A stretch of DNA of 62,425 nucleotides, counting the filler, from Collodictyon triciliatum (lineage: Eukaryota), in assembly GCA_043381765.1 (NCBI GenBank). It is 4 parts of 4 records of this genome, joined end to end, with 100 filler letters (N's around TTAATTAATTAA, not from the genome) between each part and the next. Parts side by side here need not be neighbours in the genome. Positions count along the whole stretch, not along the records: positions 24,683 to 44,447 come from JBHJMP010001281.1; positions 44,548 to 56,581 come from JBHJMP010001285.1; 2 more parts are not named here. One strand, 5' to 3'. Made by a program: the position numbers and the translations under genes. Positions 39,500-51,600 of this stretch are shown piece after piece. Below the pieces are notes generated by a model that saw only the letters and a list, made by a program, of their open reading frames with translations, ran no database searches and had not been told where the DNA came from. Position 1 is the stretch's first letter. Each line of letters starts with the position of its first letter.

Positions 39500-39660
39500 T
39501 ATATATTCCATAAAAACATGGGGGTTACCAATATTTCGATTGATAAACTTGGTGCGCTAATATCCAAGGTCTCACCACTTTTTTCACAAAGGCCGTGTAG
39601 TGATGAAGGCTGCCTGGAAAGACCCGACAGCCTGTTCTTTTAGAGGAATGCGTATGCACT
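39500..39660 (-). ncRNA. Putative Fanzor omegaRNA scaffold (relic)
   Basis: Five consecutive hairpins just 3' of the Fanzor stop: 39608-39632, 39572-39606, 39548-39568, 39527-39544 and 39508-39521. The position matches TnpB/Fanzor guide-scaffold loci; expression is unknown. Confidence 0.45.
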
Positions 39661-40191
39661 ATTGAAGGATTAAAAGAACTTCGTTGAGTATATCATTAGC
39701 GGTGTTAAAGTCCCTTGTCAAGAATACAGTTTGTTTGCTTTCTGAGCGATTAGATTATTTACATATGAGACATCTATACACTTTTTTGAGTTTCATTTCA
39801 GTTTCATATATTCCAGTTCTTTTTCGCAGTTGTAGCACATCTTGAAGGTTCTAAATTCATCTACACTAACTGTTTCAAAACGTTTGGATAGTATCATTCG
39901 TAATCCTCTTCCAATTGTTGCCATAACATGTTTCATCGGACATTTTCTGCTCCAGTCTCCATACGCCAGTACAACATCTTTGCCAAATGTCTTTTTAATT
40001 CTTTCCATAAACATTTGCTCATTTCTTTTTGTATTAACATACTGTCTCCATATCATCTTTCGAAAAGTTACGTGTTCATAAAATCTGGATAATTCTATCT
40101 GGTATTTTTACTTCATAGATACTTATTTTCGAAGTTTATCATAATCGACCGAGCACGAATTTTGTTTACTCGGTTCTGTCCCTAAATCGAT
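39659..40191 (-). pseudogene. Fanzor1-like RNA-guided endonuclease pseudogene (RuvC-II, zinc finger and RuvC-III region)
   Basis: Reconstructed: TEPSKQNSCSVDYDKLRK*VSMK*KYQIELSRFYEHVTFRKMIWRQYVNTKRNEQMFMERIKKTFGKDVVLAYGDWSRKCPMKHVMATIGRGLRMILSKRFETVSVDEFRTFKMCYNCEKELEY / KKVYRCLICK / SNRSESKQTVFLTRDFNTANDIL. In-frame TAA at 40123-40125 and 40108-40110, two frameshifts near 39790 and 39757; RuvC-I is absent. Confidence 0.85.
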
Positions 40192-40925
40192 TTAAGATAC
40201 TCTTGGTGCCTCAAACTGCTAATTCTCTTCAAAAGTCCTGGCGCCAAAAGAAACAGCACTTTGTAAACCTGTTGCCATGGATATCTTGCTACTCGCGAGT
40301 CGATGGCTAGAGCTCGTTTTGTTTTCTTTTTCTTTCCCTTTATTATTCGTTTCAAAGAGCTCGCTCCGTCTTATTATTAGTTTGTTGTACTCACGGGTCG
40401 GTGGCAGCTGGCGTCTTGGTCGTTAGTGTGTCTCGGTGCATAAACTGTGCTGCAAAGGATGTGATCAAGCGACCTTTTCGCTCTCTGCATTGGCTGCGTC
40501 AGCCTTCCCAGTTTGCGTCCGGTCAGTAGCCGTTCCACGGGGTCAGGGCTGTGGCGCCGGTCTCGTCCTTCTCGGGATCCCTCTTTCCGATCGCTTGTGT
40601 GTGTTTTTCTTTTTTTTCCGCTTCAGAAAGTAGTGGGGTTGGGAGAAAGTAGGAAAGAACCCCTATGCAATGATATTATTTATCAGAGAATATGTCATTT
40701 CTTCTCAGTGTTTATTATTTCTCAGCAAAGGACACTTTTTTTATTCAGCGCGATTATTTTTTATTGTTCTCGACTCTGTCTCTCTCTGTCAGTGCGATCA
40801 CCACATTTATTCACATTGTGTGGCATTGCAATAGATCAACCTTTGGAAATTTATTCCACATGAAGATATTTTTTTGGAAGTGTAACACCAGCAAAAGAAA
40901 AAAAAGAAGCGAAACTAAAACATCA

Positions 40926-40995
<70 letters not shown>

Positions 40996-41107
40996 GCGGA
41001 CTCAATGAGCACGACCAAATATAACCCATACGAAGCCTTCAACAAGGAGACTAGAACAAGCCCACCAACCAGACAAGCCTTCTCGAGAAGACTAGCTTTC
41101 TAAGACA

Positions 41108-43591
<2,484 letters not shown>

Positions 43592-43925
43592 ACCGAGTTT
43601 CCTGTGTTCTTCGCCTCCTCCATGTATTCTACTGTCCATAATGTGTCTCTTAACCCCTGGCTGTCTACCCTCTTCTCCCATCGTGGCTCTCTTTGTCCTA
43701 ACCGCTGACTCGATGCGACTCTACCGCCCTCTTCTCGCTGCTGCTCTCATGACCACCCAAATCCAAATAAACGCTCTCACAAACAGAGACGTGTGGACTG
43801 CCCCAGCAAGTTGGATTATAAATCAACGGCAGAAAGGTGTGGCAGAGATCGACTCTCGAGTAATGTGAAGGACTTGAATAGGAGGCTGCCCATAAAGGCT
43901 GAAGAGCAGAGTAGCAATAATATAA

Positions 43926-44255
43926 ATGAGCAGGAACGCAGACGAGCGCATCGGTTAGTAGTGATTTGTGTCTGATGGGCTGCTTCCTCTCTCTCTCAGA
44001 GCAACCCGTCATTTGCTCTGGGTGTTAGTATTTTGTGTGTCTTTGTGTATTTATATTTATAATATGCCTCTTTAAGTGTTGTTTTTTTTAATTTTTGTTA
44101 TTTGCTCATGTGTGCGCATTCGGTTCGAGGCCTCTGATTTCATTTGAATGGCCGCACTCAGGGGTTGTTGAAGTCAACGTGGGCCTTTACCGATGGTTTC
44201 AGTCGATTGAAGAAGTTTGCCTTGTTGTGACACTTCCTGTAGGAGTTCGTGCCAA
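43926..44255 (+). CDS. NUDCD2: NudC-domain-containing protein 2-like (CS/p23 domain), first two exons; truncated by contig end
   Basis: Exons 43926-43953 and 44162-44255 splice to MSRNADERIGVVEVNVGLYRWFQSIEEVCLVVTLPVGVRAK, resembling the NUDCD2 N-terminus (FEERSGVV..WYQTLEEVFIEVQVPPGTRA). Confidence 0.75.
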
Positions 44256-44447
44256 GTATGTGGATTTCTTCTTTTGCTGAAAGTTTATGACATGCTGTCC
44301 TGTCTGATCTCATTATCCTGTTTTGCTCTAGGTCTCTCTTTTTTGTAATTATTATTATTGTTATTATTATTATTGTTATTATTATTATTGTTATTATTAT
44401 TATTGTTATTATTATTATTGTTATTATTATTATTGTTATTATTATTA

Positions 44448-44547
44448 NNNNNNNNNNNNNNNNNNNNNNNNNNNNNNNNNNNNNNNNNNNNTTAATTAAT
44501 TAANNNNNNNNNNNNNNNNNNNNNNNNNNNNNNNNNNNNNNNNNNNN
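44448..44547. other. artificial contig spacer
   Basis: TTAATTAATTAA at 44492-44503 within 100 bp of N. Confidence 0.95.
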
Positions 44548-44801
44548 TATTGTATTGTATTGTATTGTATTGNNNNNNNNNNNNNNNNNNNNNNNNNNNN
44601 NNNNNNNNNNNNNNNNNNNNNNNNNNNNNNNNNNNNNNNNNNNNNNNCATTAATTGAGACTCTATATAAAACTTTATTTTTAAAAAAAAAGAGAGAGACT
44701 GATTCAAAAGAAAAATGTCGCTTTGAGATAGAAGCAATCTTTTGATAATAAATTATTATTGTTTGTAAAAAAAAATAATCTGATGTGTATATACACAATA
44801 G

Positions 44802-45018
44802 CAAAGCTATCCCGATTTTCGTAGGGATAATTGTCGTGCCCGTTGCAGTGCTGCTGGGACAATTTTTTCCTGGCGGAATCGACAACTACTTTGTGTTTCG
44901 CCATGTGAAGCTGCTGCAGGCATCCCAAGTCTTTATTATGCTTTTATTTGGAGGGATACCATATGTCTCGGTGCTCTTTATGGCTGCTGCGCTAATGCAG
45001 CGGATGTCTGGGAATTAG
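44802..45018 (+). CDS. Terminal exon of a membrane protein (2-3 hydrophobic segments)
   Basis: After a TAG acceptor: KAIPIFVGIIVVPVAVLLGQFFPGGIDNYFVF..VFIMLLFGGIPYVSVLFMAAALMQRMSGN*; family not identified. Confidence 0.55.
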
Positions 45019-45636
45019 AACCATGCACTTTCTCTCTGAACTAAAAGCAAATGTGAGTTCCTTGCTCTTGTTAGTGGTGCCTGGGCAGGTGTGGCGTTTG
45101 TGATATGACCTTTGCTTATTTATTTGTTTGTTTATTTGTTTGTTTATTTTTTGTTTACTTTATGTTTATTTTTGTTTGCTTTATGTTTAAAGGACTAGGC
45201 ACCCAGTAAAATGACTGGATGTGGAAACGGGTTTGATTCATTTATTTGCTTGATAGAGGATGGATAACAAGGAGTCAGTTTATGTATGTGAATTCTCTGA
45301 GGGAGAAGTAAATGGTGAGGCCTATGAACTTTTTTATGTGACCCTGGTTCATCTCGACAAGGGCTCGAGTCATTTGGTGGCCATATTGACGAAATAATTT
45401 ATATGTAATGCTTGGAGATGTAGACACCGACTGCTGCGAAGATGTTCATGTTCGGATGATGATTAATATGGTATCTTTCTTAGTGGTGATTCTTCCCGAG
45501 GATTACCTAATATTCGAGAATCGAAAAGAAAGAGAAAACAAAACATGAGTGGGACCTGGATGGATTGCACACGAATCCCATTACGATTGTTTTCGCTGTC
45601 TTTCTTCCCCCAATTATTTTCTCTTCTTTTTGCTTT

Positions 45637-45735
45637 TGTTTGTTTGTTTGTTTGTTTGTTTGTTTGTTTGTTTGTTTGTTTGTTTGTTTGTTTGTTTGTT
45701 TGTTTGTTTGTTTGTTTGTTTGTTTGTTTGTTTGT
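45637..45735. repeat. (TTTG)n microsatellite
   Basis: Read directly. Confidence 0.95.
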
Positions 45736-45763
45736 TTTTACCGAACCATGCAAATGGTTCCCT

Positions 45764-47227
45764 TCAGGCAAGGGTGGGCCGAACACCAACCGGACGTGGC
45801 GAATCTACAGATGAGGCTGACTTGAATCTAGAGACAGAAACAGCCCCAAAGAACCGGGAATTAGGAAGATGAATCCAGCGACACCAGCGAGAGGATTGGA
45901 GCGGAGCGGGCGGTAGAATGCGGGCGACGGAGATTAGTGTGCGGCACAGCAGACAGACACATGACAGGTGAGGGAGAGGGGATTCAGGGACGCACCGGCG
46001 GGGCGGGCGGGCGGAGAGAGGGGGTGGGCCGGAGGGCCTTTGTGGCGCGGGGCGGCGGCGTGTGTGCGTCCACGGCCCATGCCTGCAGACGGGTGCGCGT
46101 GCCGCGGGTGAGTATTGGCGAGACAGAGGGGGCGACTGGACGCACCAGCCACACAGCACGGCGCGGTGTGACATGGCATGACGTGGCAACAGAACAGAAG
46201 AGAAGAGAAGAGAAGAGGGACGCACGGCGGCGACGCAGCACAATGGCGTGGGAGTAGGCGTAGAAGGGGCGCGTGAGGGCCGTGGCGAGCGGGGCGTCGC
46301 TGTTGCTGTCGCTGTGCGGGGTGCGGTGCAGGGCGAGGCGCAGGCAGAAGAGTCGCTCGCGGTGCTTTGCAGATGCCTCGCACAGCGTCAGCCCCGCCAC
46401 CACGCACGCCCCGCCCACCACCGCCCACGCCCCGGGACCCCCCAGGATCCGCCCGCCCCCGGGCACCGCCTCCGCCGCGCCCTCCGCACCCGCGTACAGC
46501 AGCTCCGCCCGCACCCACAGCCCCCCGCCGGCGGCTGCTCCTGTGGCTGCTCCTGTGGCTGCCGGGCCCGACACAGACACCTGCACGCTGAACGACCTGC
46601 AGGCGGCCGGGGTTAGGATCAAGAGCGCAACCGGATGCTGGAGCGGAGCGGGGCGGGGTCCTACCGGATCTCCTGCGGCGTCCGCGTCCGCACCTCGCAC
46701 GGCGGCTGCACGTCGATGGTGAGCCGGAACGGCGTCGACGAATCCGGGTCTGTTGAATCCGGGTCTGTTGAATCCGAGTCTGTTGAATCCGAGTCTGTTG
46801 AATCCGAGTCTGTTGAATCCGAGTCTGAGGAGTCCGAGTCCGAGGAGTCCGGCAGCAGGGCGAGGGGCTCCGGCGGGGCGTCGCGCAGCAGGGCGCAGAG
46901 GGCCGGGTGCGGGCGCAGCAGGGCGGCGAGCGGGGGCGTGGGCAGGGCGGGCCAGGCGGCGGCGCGGCGGGCCACACAGCGGGCGACGGCGGCGGCGTTG
47001 AGGGCTGCAAAGCGCCGCACAGACGGCCCCGCCCCGCACCGGGCCACCACGCCGCCCGCCAGCCGCTCCGCCTTGCCCAGCTCTGCCGCCACGCGCCCCT
47101 CAAACAGCTGCCCCCCGCCCCACCGCCCCGCCTCCGCCACACGCCGCAGCCCCGCGTAGTCCACGTAGAACCCCGCCCACCCCGCCTGCGCCTGCGCCTC
47201 CCGCCCCAGCTGCCGTCCGAACCCCAT
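45764..47227 (-). CDS. SPX-domain protein fused to a putative Velvet/Rel/CBP60-like DNA-binding domain; 4 exons
   Basis: Exon 1 (47227-46665): MGFGRQL..WAGFYVDYAGLRR..FEGRVAAELGKAERL..VRRFAALNAAAVARCVARR (SPX pattern), a (DSDST)n linker, then FRLTIDVQPPCEVRTRTPQEIR. Exon 2 (46596-46226): SFSVQVSV..LWVRAELLYA..ILGG..LTLCEASAKHRERLFCLRL..TRPFYAYSHAIVLRRR. Exon 3 at 46082-45996; last exon uncertain. Confidence 0.72.
46737..46850. repeat. 15-bp coding tandem repeat (GAATCCGAGTCTGTT)n encoding an acidic (DSDST)n linker
   Basis: About 5 near-perfect units plus degenerate copies, read directly. Confidence 0.9.
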
Positions 47228-47489
47228 CCGCTCCCGCCCTTCCTGCCTGGATCGGCTCTGTCTGTCGTCCCTTTCTCCCTCTCTTTCTCCCGCTCTTTCT
47301 CCCTCCTGGCCTCTGCCGTCTGTGCCTGCCTTCCGTGGCTTCGTGGCGTCCGGTGGAATGCTTTTCCCTTGGTTGGTTGCTGTGTCTCGCCATGCCTTGC
47401 ATGATATCCGCCCGCTTCCGCTTCCGATTCCGCTTCCGGACATCGTATTCCGCATGTGGCTAGTGCACTCAACCAGCCAATGTAATGCG

Positions 47490-48118
47490 CTACCACAATT
47501 GGTATTGCCGCTTCTGGTGATTATCGGCTTTGCATCTTGTTTTTCCCTTTCGTGGAATTTTTGTGGAGCGATTAATTTACCTTTTGCTCTGTGTCAAAGT
47601 CAGCCAGGTGGTTGTGGATGTGTTTGATTTTATTCTCGATCGCACAGCTGGTCATGTCGGCGTTAGTGCAGTTTTCTTTGGGATTTGTCTGCAACTGGCT
47701 CGTCTGTGCCGAAGGAGTTGCCCAACCTAGCGAGTGTTTTCGTTAGCCAGCTAGCGTATTGGAATCCCTTGCATCGACATGTATTCGTATGTGTTGGACG
47801 TGAAGGGGGAGAGTGGCTAGGACAGCCTCAGGGCTTGCAATTGGTTGTGTCGGGATAGGAATCAGAAGTAGTTGTAAGTCATCAGGTATTTGTTTTCAGA
47901 CAGGGATAACTGTGATATATCTCATCCTTTCATATCCCGACACGGGAATAGCACTAGAGTTGCGTGGCTTGTGTCGTTCACTAACCTCTCTTCAAGACGG
48001 GCCAGGCGCTGGTGATTTCCTGTGCTGAATCCTGCTGTCCGTGTGTGTCGAGACGTCTCCCGAGTGAATTGTTGTGCCTGTTGTCGTTGCCAGTGCTGCG
48101 CATAACCGTGGACTGCAT
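47490..48118 (-). CDS. Possible small 3-exon hypothetical protein (about 100 aa)
   Basis: Phase-compatible GT-AG model MQSTVMRS...WPVLKR/GWATPSAQ...HNHLADFDTEQK/KRQYQLW*; no homology recognised. Confidence 0.3.
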
Positions 48119-48620
48119 TGTGCTTGACCTCTTGTTGCAGCTTATAAACCGATGGCCACAGACCACATGGTGACAAACCACAACCGGTGACGCACATCCC
48201 ACTGAGCGCATTTCAAATATTCAAAATTCACAAATATAAAATTGCGAATTCACATATCATATATGCACATATGTATATAATTAACTCTTAATATAGTTTA
48301 TTACAATGACCGTAAATGTAATATTTATGAATTCCGCATTTATGAAAACATGGTTGGATTTTGGGAATTCTTTCTTGTTTCATGACATCCTACTTTGACT
48401 GCTGACTTCCTCCTCATTGATCGAAGCTGCGTTTCGTGCTTGTGGGTGCTGTTGCGTCTTCTTCTGCAGAGGCCTGTCCCTCTTGCAACGCACGGATACA
48501 CCCTCCAACCCTACTTTTGCGTGGTTGTGAGAGTCATATAATCCGAAAGCAGCCCGATCCTCCTCCTGATTCCCTAACATAAATGCAAATATGATAGGAT
48601 AAAAGAAGAAGAAAAAGTCC

Positions 48621-51600
48621 ATGACAGAGCAGCGCAATAAGTACTTACTCTCAAGCGAGGAGCTTCAGGCTTTGTTCGACACGTTCGTACAATCATCCCC
48701 ATGAGTGTTAAGCTTACCTATATATCTTCATCTCAAATAGAATTCCTCGCTAAATGAATTTCCCTTCCATCTTCTTCCTCCTTTCTTATGGTAGAGTGCG
48801 CCCCTCCACTTCTGTTACTTTCATTCCCAAACTGACTATTTTTGAAAGATTTTTTTTTTTTTAATAAAAAGATAACCTGAGCAATAATCATTTCAATTAG
48901 GTCAGACGACGACATTTCTCCAAAGGTTCAGACTGAGCCTTCTACAGCAGCATACGTGAGCTTACCTTTTCAGTATTTTCATTCATTCATTTATTTTTAA
49001 TTTGTATTATATTTATTTTTTTATCTTTTACTGCTTCGCCTTTTTTTTCCCCGGTTCCCACCCGTTCCTGTTCCTGTTCCTGTTCCTGTTCCTGTTCCTG
49101 TTTTTGTTTTTGTTTTCCACACAAATATTTATTAATTGTGAATACATGCTGCCAAGAACAAAGCAATAAAGCCGAAACTAAACTACTGCGTCTTTCATTG
49201 AGTTGCTCCACTCAGCTTCTTGAATATTCATGCAATGTTACTGCTATTAGAAGGAGGTTGATGGCAGAAGACTCGCCCGTGATCTGACTGTTGGTGAAGA
49301 CAGCACAGAGTTCCGTGCTCAGCTGAACGCGATCCACAGAGTTTCTTCTGAAATCAGCAGCCCCTCCTCTGAAAATGCCGCTGTTCCGATCTACAAGACT
49401 CTCTCCTATATAGAAGATGCAGGTGAGTTGTCATCCTTGATCCACAAAGTATTTTTTTTTATGAAAATATTCCTTATCTACACGAATTTTCCTTTTTCTG
49501 TTCTTCCCCTTTTTTGCTTTCTTTATTGGGCAGAGACCAACGAAAAACAAAGACAAAAACAAAAGATAAAAGATAAAAGACAAAAGACAAAAGACAAAAA
49601 CAAAGACAAAACAAAATCACAACTAATATTCACGTGGGCTTAAGTGATATGGTGGTCCATACATTAGTGCCCTTGATTAAAATACAAATCAATTCATCAC
49701 AGCAAATCATATTTAGTTCCATTTGCTAGATTAACCCTCCCTTTAATTTTTTTAATCACATGTTTATTTATGATTTACATATTTGATCACTAGTTTCTTT
49801 TATGTTACACCAATACATTTTCTGAGTCACTTTATCAGAGAGGAAGCGCAAAGATACCCTTACGGAAGAAAGTAACGCAGCAAATCCGATCTCAATCGAC
49901 CAAAATCAAGACCATATCAGCCAGGAGCAATCTGCAGACCATGCTAATGATGATTATTCTCGGTGAGTAAACATACTAGTTATTGTGGATTCTTTTATAA
50001 TGAAGAGATAACTTTCGTGGCTTTGGAGCTCTGGGCCAAGTCGGAGTTTCTTTTTATTATGAACCGTGCTTCATGATAATCATGACTATTATTAAGTGGC
50101 TTAGATTCATATTTTCTGAATATAAATAAACTCTCCATTCATTCCACCCACATGTTGAACAATATCACTTCAATAAGTTATCTGATATCACAGTTCTATA
50201 TAAACTCTCAACATAAACATATACGTATACTAATTCATCCATATGATTGTACATGCACACTACACAGGAAAATCTCGAGAAATGACCCCAATAAACAAAG
50301 GAAGAAAAGTGTCTTTGGTAGTAATATTCTGTCCGGATCGAAACAAACTGAAACAGAACCTGGTCGTCGAAGGATTATTTCTAGTAGGCGATTGATAGCT
50401 ATTAAAGCCATGCACAAAGTCATAAAATATGGGAATCTTCCTTCTTTTTTCCATGTCTTTTCAAGTTATTGTTAAATAATACACAAAGTTATTTATTAAT
50501 CACCGTGGGGTTTGTATGACCTTTAGACATTGGAGACAATGAGTTGTTGGGGAGATTAAAAAGCATGCCAAGTTCTATCAAGATGCCAGAGGTTTTAATT
50601 TGCACACCTTGCAGTTTTTCCCTCTTTTTTTTTTAATTTTATTCAATTTAACCGAAACAGCGCCATTTTTATTTATAATAAACTCCTTACATTTTTGTAT
50701 CTCAAATGATCCAGTTTGATAAAATGAAGGAAACGATAAAGGTAATCTTGAACAATTTACTTCATAAATACCATATACCTATATCTATTTTATTTTCAAT
50801 ACCGAAAAGAATTTTTTTCTTACTTTTCTTACCACGTTTGCTTGTCCATTAAAGGGATTCAGAATGAATCGACATGATGGGTCAGATGCTGAAACCGACG
50901 AGGTCTTATTCTGTTATTATTTTTATATTATTTTTTTGTCATTTCTAATATCAAATCCATTCAAAGAAAGAAACATACAATCATACAAACAAACAAACAA
51001 ACAAACAAACAAACAAACAAACAAACAAACAAACAAACAAACAAACAAACAAACAAACAAACAAACAAACTGAAAGCTAGAATAAAAAAAAAGTATTATG
51101 TAAATAATTCGATGTCAGAGTGTATTATAAATTACAAAGCATATCTTGATTTTGAAAAATTACATGATTTATTTTAACTGATACTTCCTTTATATTTGTA
51201 TTGGAAAGCCAATACTATCCTCTACCTATCTTTTATAAACTTAAAGAATGTATGAAAATGCCTTTAATGAAACCATTATGTATTTTTTTAAAAGGATGAC
51301 CATGAGGAGTCTCAAAACAGCACCGGAAGTCGATTCCATATGCTCCATATTCCTAATATCATACATGGATCGGTAGAAATTAATTAGTTGAACCCAACAT
51401 ATTTTCATCAAGCAATTTCAAACGTTCGCAATTGTAATTCTTATGGTACAGAAATCAAGGGATGGAAATAGTGGGACACAAACAGACAGATTAAGGCCGA
51501 GCATGAATCTTAGAAAATGTAATTTTAAAAGACTTCAGGGATAACATATGTACATACCATTCGTGCTTCAGTTGGTTCATAAATATGTAATACTGATATT

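Larger units (their letters stand above)
39430..40191 (-). mobile_element. Truncated, decayed Fanzor1-type (TnpB-like) element: nuclease C-terminal part plus structured 3' region
   Basis: Intron-less pseudo-ORF with RuvC and zinc-finger motifs, followed by stem-loops; sits between divergently oriented host genes. Element boundaries are estimates. Confidence 0.75.

Noticed and set aside
40108-40125. In-frame TAA codons as evidence of an alternative genetic code
   Set aside because: The same element has frameshifts, and host genes end at TAA (Nap1, IFT52), so these are decay mutations.
46737-46850. 15-bp repeat as a CRISPR-like array
   Set aside because: Head-to-tail units without spacers, in frame within a coding linker.
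45934-47496. 520-aa minus-strand ORF and other long overlapping ORFs in the GC island
   Set aside because: Shadow frames caused by stop-codon scarcity at high GC; the SPX and DNA-binding-like motifs lie in two other frames joined by a GT-AG intron.
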